Shown piece by piece: positions 14,605 through 27,300 of a stretch of DNA of 64,000 bases (the first letter of the stretch is position 1; every line of letters begins with the position of its first letter). Position numbers and translations under genes: made by a program. This DNA comes from Schmidtea polychroa. Lineage: Eukaryota. The DNA is taken from assembly GCA_044892525.1 (NCBI GenBank), contig CM097885.1, positions 42,224,001 to 42,288,000 of the forward strand, in the 5' to 3' direction. A model generated the notes under the pieces. That model saw only the letters and a list, made by a program, of their open reading frames with translations. It was not told the DNA's origin and did not search any database.

Positions 14605-15880
14605 TTAATTTGTTGTTGATAGCTTTGTTTTCGTTTTTGTGATTGGATTTTCGGCTAAGTCTTTGTTTCTGCAGTCTTCTACTAAGTTATAATGTGTTAA
14701 TAAATCGGAACCGATTATTGGTTGTTGTACATCAGCTATAGTAAACGACCAGCTGTACTCTTTGTTGTTGATTGTTATAATCTTAGTGTGTTGTCCGAAT
14801 GTACTTATCCTGGTACCGTTAGCTGTGGTGAGTTTGTCATTTGTTGTTTTTAGGTTTTGGAACATTTTGTGGGGTAATAGGGAGATGACTGAACCTGTAT
14901 CAATCAGGAAATTTCTATTTTGTGAATGCACCGTGAATGATTTGTTTTCGACGCCAAATGTCGGTGCGATTAATGGTGACTTCATCAGTTTTCCTGTGTG
15001 TTGTAGTTGCACGGGTTATTGCATTTGTATGCTTTGTTCCCGAACTTTTGGTGGTAGTAGCAAATTTCATCTTTATTTTTGTCAGAGTTGTTGTATGGGG
15101 TTTTGTTTTTCCGGTTTCGTGAATCTGACCGATTTCTGTTATAACGGTTTGGTGAACGATTGAAGTTTTGTCTTTGGGTTTTTTCTTTTATTTCGGCGAG
15201 TTCACGTTTAATTTGTTTGTTTTCGATTATTACTTCATCGAATTTGCTGATCAGTGTGCTCATGAGGTCGGTTGTGAATTCGTTTGTTTCGGAATTTTGG
15301 TTCTTATTGTTTGTTGTTTGTTCGTTGTGGTATGATTGGTTTTTGTACTGTTTTTTGGTCCTGTAGATTATGGGGTTAATTTCTTCGTTGATTTGATCTG
15401 CTAATATTTCGATGTCTGCCTTGTAATTTGCGGCTAAGATTAATCGTATTTCTTGTGACATAGCGTGCAGGAATAATTCTTTAACCAGTTCGTTTGTTCC
15501 TAAACTGGTGATATTTGATTGAAGTTGTTCCAGTTTGTGCTTAAGTTGTCTGAGGAAATCGGAAGGTTTAGTGTATCTTTATTGTGTGTTGTTTAAGCAG
15601 GACTCCAACATTTGTCTTTTGTTTATTTTGTTTTTTGATATTATTATGTGACATAGTTTGTCATAAGGGGCCTCACTTTTTGAGATTTCGTCTATTTGGT
15701 CTGCAATATCGTTGAGTTTGTTGCTGGGGAGGCTGCGATTATGTTTGAACACAAAGTTTTTGTCGACTTTATTCCTGATAATGTTAAAGCTAGCTTTGCA
15801 AAGTCTAGCCATTTTTGCGGAGTTCCATTTTAGTTAGGGATATTCTGTTTTCGCTTAATGATAGAATTTATGGAAAATGG
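14605..15880 (-). mobile_element. Gypsy LTR retrotransposon gag-protease remnant
   Basis: Gag zinc knuckle ICYYHQKFGNKAYKCNNPC, then a frameshifted aspartic protease FLIDTGSVISLLP..ADVQQPIIGSDLL. Confidence 0.85.
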
Positions 15881-17204
15881 GTTAGGTAATGGGCTGAACT
15901 GAGGGTTGATGTCGTTCGTTATTGGGGTGTTTTCTTGCTGTTAGCCGCAACAACGTCGAATTCATTCTCAATCTTCATAATTACTAAATTAAACAAATAA
16001 AATTACTAAATTTATTTTATTCACAAAACTGCGCTTTTTTGTAATATTCAAACAATCTGTTCGAGGCTTTTTTATTATTTTAATTTTGATGCTGATTTCA
16101 ATGCTGGTTTAATTTATTTTAATATTTAATATATTTTAATTTATTTTTATATTTTAAACTTACTTTAATTTATTAATTTAAATATTTATATAAAAATTTA
16201 TGTAATCTGATATATACAATTTAAATGTTTATTAGCAATATCCAGTTTTAACTTAAACGTGAATTCTACCCTTTCACTTGCCAAACGGGGTTGTTTGTGA
16301 AACCGTTGGATATTTGGTTATCTTCTTGCCAAAATGGGTTGTTTGTGTTTGTTTGCATTGGTTGGTGAATGTTTGTTTGGGTTTTAAAAAAGTTGGTTTA
16401 ATCAAGGATATGGCTTACTGTGTTCAGCCAAAAGTGACACTATTCTCTATATTAGGTATTCTGAAAGCGAGTGTTTAAAAAATAAAATTTTCGCGAGTGT
16501 GATTTGTATGATTTTGCTTCTGACACCAGTATGTTTGGGTTGTATTATTGAATTCCGGTCTTATGAAATTATATAATTATATTTGTATGTTTTAATTGGT
16601 TGCGCATGTATATTAGGAGATTTGTGAGAGCCCAGCAGAATCTCCTTTAAAATCTGTTTTGGGACTGCCGGGGTTTAGAATGCGTAAAATGAATTTGGTA
16701 CAATAAAAATATATATTTGCCCTTGAATAAATTAATAACGATAGAATTAAATTATTAACAACTTTATTCAGTTAATATAAACGAAAAAAAACCTTTGATC
16801 GCCCCGAATTGTTAGATATAATGGAGGACCAGATATGTTCTTGAATTGGATGTTCTCAATCTAATTTCTGGAATCTTAGTTGAATGAATAATATAATGAA
16901 TGATTAAAAGCGTGGCATATACACAAAATATTATAATTTCAATCAATTCAGTTTTACTCCAGGTAATGGCCAAATGTTTTCCTTTAATTGCCTCGGATTG
17001 TTAGATATAGTGGAGGACAGATATATTCCTTATATTTTCGGTTTATAATTTTCGAGTTTCTAATTATTTCATTTTTGGTTAATACAATTTTAAAGTTGCT
17101 TAGTTTTTTCTGAATTTGATTTTTGAATTTGTCATTTGATTTTATTTTTTTATTGATATTTTAAATTCTTAAATTATAATAATTTTTCATGTTTATTAAA
17201 ACTT

Positions 17205-17710
17205 TTGATAACCCATAACATAATAAAAAACAAGAATAATAACAAAGTTGAAATAACAAGCATCAATAAACAAATAAATTTGGAAGAAGAATTTAGAAAG
17301 AAAACCATGATACCTGAAAACGAGATACAAGAAACCATAAAGGAAATACATAGACTATTGTGTCATGCTGGAGTCGAGAAGATAGCTGATTATAGCTGAC
17401 AAAGATAGATATATTGCGAAAAACCTGTTGAGTCAGATTCAGGAAACTATTCGAAGTTGTGAGACTTGTCAAAAAACCAAGGCTATAACAATTACAACGA
17501 AGGAACCAGAAAAAAAAACTAGAATCAACCGAACTGTTCGAAATTATATTCGTGGATATATGTGGATCAATGCAGGAAACAAAAGGACGTAAGAAGTATA
17601 TATTGGGTATAATAGACCAGTATTGTAAGTATCAAGTCTTGACAGCTATAACAAGACAAGATGAGGAAACAATATAATAAACGATTTTAGAAAAATGGAT
17701 TTTAAGATTT
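17205..17710 (+). pseudogene. Gypsy integrase fragment
   Basis: H2C2 zinc-binding region IHRLLCHAG...CETCQK followed by DICG..KYILGIIDQY; contains stops and frameshifts. Confidence 0.7.
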
Positions 17711-17744
17711 GAATTGCTTTTATCACAATATAAAATTTTTTGCC

Positions 17745-20060
17745 ATAAAAATGACTTCCAAAAGAAAGCTATGAAATGAAAATCGACAGTATAATAAAAG
17801 TTGGAATACTATTATTTCCACATCATTCACAATGATAATTTGATATAAGGAAATTCAAGCAAAACAATAAAAAGTTTTAGCGTTAAAAGAGATTTTGTGC
17901 AGCGGCATCCAGAATATGAAAATTTAACTGGTGAAATAAGAAAACTAAAAATATTAAATTTTAAAAAAGAACTAACTTTCCAAAATAAACTTATCAACCC
18001 AAGTTGTACCTAATATTGCTAAGGCAAGCTTTTTAGTTTGTAATATAATAGCAAAAAAAATGAAACCATATTCTGATGGTGAATTTCTTAAATAAAAATT
18101 GAATATCCTGATAAGGCAAGATTAATTGAAAATTTGAGCTTATCACGACAGACAGTTACCCGCCATATTTCCGATATTGCCACAAAAAACCTGAAAATTT
18201 TAAGAGATAAAATTAGGAATTTTTATTTCTACTCAGTTTGTCTTGATTAAAGTACATGTGTGATAATGCTCTACTTGCAATATTTATAAGAGGAATATGA
18301 AGAATACGAGCAATTTTTGTATTTCTGAAGAGCTCTTAGAATTAAAACCCCTAAAAGATACAACCAAAAGGAATAGATATATTTAATGCGTTTTAGGAGA
18401 GTTTCACTGAGAATAATTTAGTTCTACCAGCTTTAGCTGGAATCGCTACAGATGGTGCTCCTAACATGATAGGACAAAATAAGGGTGTTTTGGGCCTGAT
18501 GTTACCAAAACTATCAGAAGCTGGAATATATATAGGACAACTTTATGCATTTCATTGCATTATACACAGGCCCTAGGAGAGGCGCGGCCAGAGGGGCCAC
18601 TGGCCCCGGGTCCCGGGCCCCAAATCTTCAAAATTTTATTTGAAATTTTTTTGGAAACAAAAATTAATTTTTAAAAATTCAACAATTTGAAAATGGACTA
18701 CTGATATAACTTCTTTGCTCTTATATATCAATCTAACATGTTTTTAAATAAATCAGATTGATCGGAGATTAGGAATTCGTCATTTAAAATTGCTTGATCG
18801 TTATTAAAATCCACGAATTAGAGATTTTTAAAAATATTTTTAAAAATATCCGTTTATTAATGATATGATATTGGGGCCCCTAATTTAAACCCAACTAGCG
18901 TTGAATTCGAAAGAATATTTTAAATTTCATTAAAATTTCTCTACTAAAAAAATGAAATGAAACGGCTTGAAATATTTCGAAAATTTCTCATTGAAGTTTT
19001 AAATTTAAAATTGTCGGTGTTAAACTGAATTAAAGTTTGTTTATATTGTTTGTGCTTCTATTTGATAAAAATTAATTTCAATAAATTTTTATACTTAAAG
19101 AAGTGAACAAAAAGTATGAAAATTTTTTCGATTGAAATATATCCCTTAATTCCGAGACCGAGAATATAGATGCACTAATTAATTCAATAAAATTAATGCG
19201 ATGGGAAAAAATGTTGAGTGATAGTAAGGAATATGCTGAAAAATTCTCCATTCACGCATCATTTGAAATTAAAAGAAAGTTTATTGATGGAGCCGCGGTT
19301 GAGTTACATTATCAACAAATATTCAATAAGATCATTTCAGTTTTACAAAAATCATTACAAACTCGCTTTTCAAGAATGATTGAAATTTGTGATAATTTTA
19401 AATTCCTATGGACCTTCAATAGCATTGATGAAGACATATTGCAAAATCAGTGCGACAAGATTAAAATTAAATTTTTGGTTGACATTTCAACAGACCTGTA
19501 TGATGAAATGATATTGTTTAAGAGCATTTAAGCAACCAACTTCAAATCATCAAAGCCAAAAGAAGTGCTTCAATCTATTATTGAAATGAATTTGGAGTAA
19601 ATTTTTCCAAATCTTGTAGTTGTATTAAGAATATTTGCGACAATCCCGGTTTCTGTAGCCGAGTCTGAACGTACGTTTTTAGCTCAAAAACGTATTAAGA
19701 ATTTCTTGAAATCTACAATCGCACAAGAGCGGCTAAATGGATTAGCAATGCTGCATATTAATAACGATATTGCAAGAAACCTAAATTTTAGTGAAATAAT
19801 TGATAAATTTGCAATTTCAAAAGCCCGTAAATCATTAATATAATAAAATTTGTTTTTACATTGTGCTGTCGCTAACTATATATATTTTTTAATTATTAAA
19901 AAGGGGCCTCAAAAAAGATTTGGCCCCGGGCCCCGCACTCTCTCTCCTAGGCCCTGATTATACATCAAGAAAGCTTATGTAGCTAAAGATTAAAAATGGA
20001 CCACGTAATGAATGTAGTTATTAAATCTATTAATGTTATTCGTAGTATAGATAATTTATG
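17745..20060 (+). mobile_element. Decayed GTF2IRD2-like hAT transposase, interrupted by a second hAT
   Basis: LSRQTVTRHI, IATDGAPNMIG, and HCIIH|QESLC, which rejoins across the 18567-19956 insertion. Confidence 0.75.
18567..19956 (+). mobile_element. Internally deleted hAT transposon with 8-bp TSD
   Basis: TIRs CAGG(C/G)CCTAGGAGAG. TSD ATTATACA at 18559-18566 and 19957-19964. Dimerisation-domain remnant IPVSVAESERTF..LKSTIAQERLNGLAML. Confidence 0.9.
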
Positions 20061-23000
20061 AAAAATAAAGACCAAAAAAATTTAAGCATGATAACATATA
20101 TATTAATGAAAGTTCTTTACTTGTCAATTTCTTCCAAAAATTACTCAAAATAAATTTGGCAAAAGAGTCTGAATTGTGACTGAAATGCGTCGGTATATAT
20201 ACCCTATTTTTAGTGTAAAAGTATTTGTGTGTGCACTGATGCGTAAACGAAATTCGAATTATTTTAATTCTAGAAAATTCGATATTTAATTTTTATCAAT
20301 TTTGATGGCGATTTTTGTGCAATAATTTTTGTTTTTATTTTCAAAATTTTATTTTTGAATGATTTATTTATTATTTGCTTCCATGATGAATATGGGCATT
20401 TCCAGAACATTCCATGTTAAATTTAATATTTTTCTTATTTTTTAATTGCTTTTTGTGAATTCTTTTCAAAAATTTTATTTTTTAAACTAAAAAAATTTAT
20501 TTTTGTAAATCTAAATGGGTTGTTTGGCGGCCATGAACGATTTCGCCATTTTTATTGATTTTGCTGCGTTTTTATTCAAAATTTTATATAATTTTCTTTA
20601 CGTAAAGTTTTTATGGAAATCATTTTTAATTTTCTTCTTACTTTTTACTAATCGCCTTTATATGAATTTGTTTATGTTTTTTTATGTTTTTCGGTTATAT
20701 TTAAGTAGGAGTTTGTGCAATACTTCTTGTTTGGGTTTTAATTTATTATTATTTGGATGTTTTTGATTTTTGTGTATTGATCTCTTTATTATCATTGTTT
20801 TCTTGGTGTTTTTAAATGTTTTAATTGAAGTAAACTTAATGGTTGGTATGCGTGTTGTGCACCGACACATTTCATCAGTATTCTAACTTGTGGGTCTAGA
20901 AATCAGGTCTAGCTCAACACAAGGTAGTATTAGAAATTATTTGAAAGCGATCTCCCTGTAATTTTCCTTGAAAGTTATTTAACTTATAACTTTAATTTCT
21001 TAAAATGATTCAATGAGACGACTATTGTGGTTTGTATAAGTTAAGTTCCTAAAGTTTATTCGTTTGCTTCTCTGAGCCCATCGTGCGTTTGAGAAAAGAA
21101 CTCCTAATATATTGTAATATAGACAGTTTAAGTGTTAATTTTATATATACAGTACTTGTTTGCGTTATACGCAGATTAATTACTAAATTTTTAAGCGGAT
21201 ACACTACGCTATATACACCTCGCAGTCAACCGCCACTCCATGTTGTAGATAATTTTTCGATTTCTTGCATTTGCTTTGCTATGTTGTAGACCCAAAGTAG
21301 AATAGAACAGATGCCGGGTTGACTGGGATCTCGTGCTGAAAATTGTCAATAACGAAAGTCTCAGTCAATTTCCATCGCTCATGTTTAAAACAAAACAAAA
21401 AAATTAAATCATGGCAACATATAATTTATTAAAAGCATCTCAATTTTTTCAATTTCTGGCAAGCCTACGATAAACAATTTGGAATAATATTTTTTAGAAT
21501 AATAGAATAGGTTAAACCTCTCAGACTCCAGGTCTGCCAATTAGAAACAGAGATAAGCCAAAGCCATATCAATCAAAAGGTAGCCCAGCAAATTCAGCCA
21601 GTGGAGGTAGAGTTGCAAGAGATAGCTAAACAACGGACTACTGCGCGGAGAAAGAAACGCCCCGGTAGAGCCGAACGGGCTTGGCTCAAGATGTGCAAAC
21701 AATTAATCGCGGCCAAGGACCTAAGACGATAGTGGTTTATGTGTGTGTGTGTGTGATTGTCATTTCATATAAATAAATACGGTCATATATTTAAAGTTCT
21801 ATGTCCTTCTTGTAAAGTGAGAATGTGAGAATGAATTATTCATATGACTTCATAAATTCATTGGATATTTATAATGAAAAACAATAACCACCAATAGAAA
21901 AATTCAATTCAATTTTAAATATGTGTCTGTGTAATAGGGCTTCGTCTGCACTCGGGTAGGAGGAATTTCTCCCTTCATGGCTGCGATAACGACTGTTCTA
22001 CACAGGGGTGTGTGATCGTATTTTAAGATTGCTAGTGTTGACGTGGCATTTCTTATTTTTCGTTTATCGGCTTTGTGTTGGGTGCAACTGAATTTTATTT
22101 GTTTTTAATTTAATTCGTCGCCATGATGGATATGAACTTTTACTAGAATATTCTGTTGTTTTAGAGATTTTATTAAATAATTCCTATGTATTTTAATTCT
22201 TATGTTATTTTAGTTTAGCTTTTATTAATTTATTTCTTAAAATTTTATCTTCTAAACAATTTTTACTAGCTACTTAACGGCCATATATGGATTTCGTCAT
22301 TTTTATAGAATATTCTAAATTTCTGTGCATTTCTATTTTAAATATTTTATCCCTACTATATTGTCTAAGGTAATTTTGTGGAAATCTTTCTAATTTCCAT
22401 CCCTATTTCCTTATTGGCAATAATTCAAATTTACCAACTTCTGTTTTGTATCAATGTTGTTTTTGGGTGTATTTCATGTAATTCTTTTTGTTTTAGCAAA
22501 TTTTTGTATTTATTATTTCTATTTATGTTTAATTGATGTTTCGATATGTTTATTATACAATATTTATTATCATTCAGATTATCACTCAGCAATTTAATGA
22601 ATTTCATTTACTGAATTGCTCATTATGAATGTACATGAATGTATTTTGGAAATTTATTTTAGCCATATTACAAATGGCTTTCAGATTTTTAATTTTAATT
22701 AAATTTTAAGGCTTGAATTTTGATCCATATAGATAAGAGATGATTAATCAAGTTCATAAATATTACTTTTAATCAACAGTATTATTTGTAATTAATTTTC
22801 AGTGTTTTTTTAGGAATTTTATAACATTTATTTTTAATATTTTGGAATTATTTCGAAAAAATGTGAGTCAGATATATTTTTAATTATAATTAAATAAATA
22901 AATCAATCGCCAAAAATAAATATTTTTCTAAAACAATTTGGAAAAAATCGCCAAATATTTAATTTTTTTTCTGAGCTCAATATGAGGGGCTCTTTCAGGA

Positions 23001-23715
23001 AATCATCTTTGGATTGAAAAGACATTTATCCAAATTCATCTGCTCTTGATAATTTCATTAAAAATGTTTTAAAAAATTTTCAGCGATCTTTTTTTCTAAA
23101 AATTGTCTAAAATAAAGTATTTCTATGAATCGAAAGTTTGTATGTTTTGCTTGGGTGCAGTTTTTAATTTTTCTTCCACTTTTTAGATTTCTATAGTGTA
23201 AGATGTATTTCATTGCACTATTAATGAGATCAGTACGCATTCAAAGTATGTATGTTTCTATAATGTAAGATTATTAATTTTTTCTTATATTATAGGGAAC
23301 GGTTCTCAGCGGTGTTTGATGTATTTGGTTAGGTGACTTTAGATCTCGTAATGAATACAATGAAAGAAATTAATAAAACCCCTAACAATGCTGTAGGTTT
23401 AAAAATATTCCAAGCACCAATATTAAATTTAAATAATTATACTATAAAATGAAATATATTAAAATAGCGACTCAACTGAAAACGCAAAATTTCATAAACA
23501 GATCATTTATTTAGAAACTTTAAGACAGTTTATTATATTTATTATCATTCAGATTCTCTATAATATACAAAACAATACATCTTAGTTATTAAATGCACCA
23601 TAAACAATTATCAACAAGCATGCAAGCACTGTTTATTCAATTAGATTGAAGGCTTCGATTTCTTGTTTGCGGACCTAGGAATAAGATTTTGAAATTGAAA
23701 GGTTAAAATAAATAT

Positions 23716-24357
23716 TTACCAATCATCGATATTGGCTGGTTGCCTTTTAACACCAGGTGGAGCACAGGCAAAATTATTTCCCACATTAATCGAAGATCTA
23801 ACAGAAGATTGGAGGTTGCTGGAGTTGCTGGTAACAACCGGCACGGGAGGGTTAGACATTTGTTGCTGATAATGCTGTTGTTGTGTACTGTCCTGTAGCC
23901 ACCGGACTTGGGTTGCAGGTCCATAACCAAGCTCGTTGCGAGCAGCTATTCTAAATATAACAGCGGGTTTGCTGCTGTTATCTAGATGCGCTTGGGTTAG
24001 GAATGATGCTGTCACGATTGCCTTTGGTTCCTGGCCACAATATACACGAATGAAGGTAAACCCTTTATTCGGTTGACCCGATGAGGGATTGTTGTTTTTA
24101 ACAGCAAGATAAATGGAATATTCTGAGATATTGTGACAATTGTGTGGAGGTTCCCAGCTTAATTGAGCACCATTTCTGACTTTGACAACTTTAATTGCAC
24201 TTGGAGCTCCTGGGAAACCAGGCAGGCTGGTTTTAAATGCTCCTTCTTCAGACCAAGGGCCTCTTCCGCACTTATTTATGGCGGCTACTCGCACTTTATA
24301 TGCAGTTCCAGGAGTCAAATTTACTCGTAATCCCTCAGATTCGGTTTCGTTTAAAAG
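23716..24357 (-). CDS. HCFC1: HCF exon 7 (FN3 domains, stop codon)
   Basis: Acceptor TTTTAG ends at 24358; [27 protein letters not shown]. Confidence 0.9.
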   Translation of the reverse strand, partial: LLNETESEGLRVNLTPGTAYKVRVAAINKCGRGPWSEEGAFKTSLPGFPGAPSAIKVVKVRNGAQLSWEPPHNCHNISEYSIYLAVKNNNPSSGQPNKGFTFIRVYCGQEPKAIVTASFLTQAHLDNSSKPAVIFRIAARNELGYGPATQVRWLQDSTQQQHYQQQMSNPPVPVVTSNSSNLQSSVRSSINVGNNFACAPPGVKRQPANIDDW

Positions 24358-27300
24358 CTAAAAAATAGAGTCGATATTGTAATTTCTAATTCTTAATAAA
24401 TAAAAATTCTTAACATTATACCAATAATAACAATAATTCATTTAATAAATCAAATTTCAATTAATTTTAAATTAAAAATGAAAATAATAAAAAATCATAA
24501 TATAAAAATAAATTATATTAATTGTATATAATAATAAAAAATTTATGTAATAAAGAAATAGCCAATTAATTTTTAGATGGAAAATAAGAACAATAATAGA
24601 AATAAATAAACCAATAAATATTTATATCATAAATAATTGTAATAAAATACAGGGTTTTTCATCATATTTTGACATTTTGTTAATTTTAGAAGAAAATTAA
24701 AAATTAAATTAATAAATAAATTAATAAAATTAAAAAAAAATGAGAAAGTAAAAATACTACTTTTATTCATCAATAACCGGCTCATTTCTTATGCAAAACG
24801 GTAAAAACCGTAACATATGCCTAAAATAATTTTTACAATCATCAGGTGAAATAAAGGAAGAACCATTCTCAATATTTTCGAATAACTGATCCTCACCTTC
24901 AGGTCTCGAACTACGTATAAATTGTTTCCATTTTGAAAATAGGTTCTCTATAGGGTTAAGAAATGGAGAATAAGGTGGCAAAAATAGGATTCTATGTCCT
25001 GATATTTCAATTTCTTCTTTTATTGCAATATTTTTATGAAATGGAACATTGTCCATGATAAAAATTGCATCTGAAATATTCAAAGATGACATTTTTTCAA
25101 TTATTAAGCGTATAAACTCAAGAAAACTTTGTGTATTATACGATTTAGTCTGAGGAAAATATTTAAAAATCCCTTCTTTGTTCATGGCACAGCAAACCGA
25201 TATATTTCGTGCTCTTATAGAAGAAACATTTTGAACAGCACGTTTATTTTTCAAAGATCTTCCTCTTCGTGATCTTATAGAAACATTGAATCCGACTTCA
25301 TCGATACAAAAAATTTTAGAATCATCGATAGTTGACAATAATTCCATAAAACGATTCGCATATTGGGCTCTAAGTTCAATAACTTCCACGGTATTCCTTT
25401 TTATCGGCATTATATTGATGCGCTTCATACTATAACCAAATCCACCTATACATCTATTAATCGTGCTTTGACTTACTACCACACCTCTCTCAAGCTCAAT
25501 CTTCGACTTTATTTGCTTTAAAGTAAGCGCGCAATTTTCATCAATCCATCCTCTGATTGCTTCTTTATCTTGCTCTGACAAGCTTTTTCTCCGCTGACCT
25601 CCCCTTTGCTTTTTTTCAATAGATTCATGGTTTTTATACTTTTTTATTATGCTATAAATAGTGGTTCTTTTAAAACCCAAAATTGATGATAAATCCGAGG
25701 CACTATGCCCTTTTATATAGGCTTGTATAATGCGATTTCTGTCTTCGTTATTAATGTTTTGGTTTTTCATTAGAAAATGTCAAAATTGATTGACAAAATG
25801 TCAAAATATGATGAAAAACCCTGTAATAACAAAAATTTTTAAAATTATTTTTAAATGGAAAATAAAAATATTATTATAAATATTAATAATAATGATAAAA
25901 ATAAATAAATAGTTAAACATACATGGCAATGATTTAATTATAAGATAACGCCAATCAAACATTTTTTTCACGATTAATTTCGACAGTTTTCCTTTCCTCA
26001 TCAGGTGGGATATAATAACTCATTAAATAAAGGATTTTAAACAAATTTAATTATATATAAAAAATTTTTATTTTATAAAAATATTATTTTTTTAAAAACT
26101 TTAACATTTAAAATTTAATTTAATAATTTAAAAATTTAAAATTTTTTATCAATTATTTAATTTAACACAACAATCAATACATACAATACACAAAAGCTTA
26201 TTTAAAAACACTCAACACACAAGTATTCACAGCATTCTGCACATTAATTTTCGGATTCAATGATTTTATCAACAACGCCTCACAAATCACACGTTCCCAA
26301 TAATTATCAAAGTTTTTTAATAAAATTTTAAAATCAGACATACCTATTTTAATCTTACAGCCCTTATTGTGCTCACCAATATGGGTCAAAGACTTCGGTC
26401 TACAATGTTCTCAAGCTCGAATACAGAGATGACGGGAAGTCTCTCCAATGTATGTGGCATTACACCCATTACATGTAAACTGATAAACGAGATCAGAACA
26501 CAATTCGACCGGAGTTTTTGACTTATTAATAAACATATTGCGTACTTTCCATGAAGTTGACACTATCCTATAGTTTAAATTCCCTAACTGCTTTCTTATC
26601 TTCACTTTATAATCCTTAAAACCTTCTGAGTACGGCAATACTAACACAAATTTAGGCTCATCATCCTTGCTCACACTATTTAATTTATTTAACTCATCAG
26701 ACTCACACACCTCAACAAAATCACACCCAGATTTTAACTCATCAGACTCACACACCTCAACAAAATCACACCCAGATTTTAACTCATCAGACTCACACAC
26801 CTCAACAAAATCACACCCAGATTTTAACTCATCAGACTCACACATCTCAACAAGATCACACCAAAATTTTCTCAAACATGGATCCTTGGGATTTTTAATA
26901 AATTTGTCAACAGTCTCTTTCACCATAATTACTAAAAAGGATTTTGAATAACCATTCTTCATATATAATTAAATTTGTTTAAAATCCTTTATTTAATGAG
27001 TATTATATCCCACCTGATGATGACAGGAAAACTGTCGAAATTAATCGTGAAAAAAATGTTTGATTGGCGTTATCTTATAAAAATATATAAAACAATAAAT
27101 TATTATAATTTTAGTATAACAATAATAAAAATAATTAATTTAAAATAAAAATATGGGAAAAAAATAATAAAAAATCATAACATAAAAATAAATAATTATA
27201 ATTGTATATAATTATACAAAATTTATTTAATAAAGAAATAGTAAATTAATTTTTAAATGCAAAATAAAAATAATATAATAAATATTAATAATGATAAAAA

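Larger units (their letters stand above)
25938..27080 (-). mobile_element. 5'-truncated Penelope-like retroelement (GIY-YIG endonuclease) with inverted pseudo-LTRs
   Basis: [28 protein letters not shown]...[15 protein letters not shown], with one in-frame TGA at 26411-26413. About 120-bp inverted copies at 25938-26058 and 26961-27080. Confidence 0.88.

Noticed and set aside
20330..22500. Two possible Gypsy RT remnants on the minus strand
   Set aside because: They are too degraded (only WRN/HHG-like traces) to annotate with confidence.
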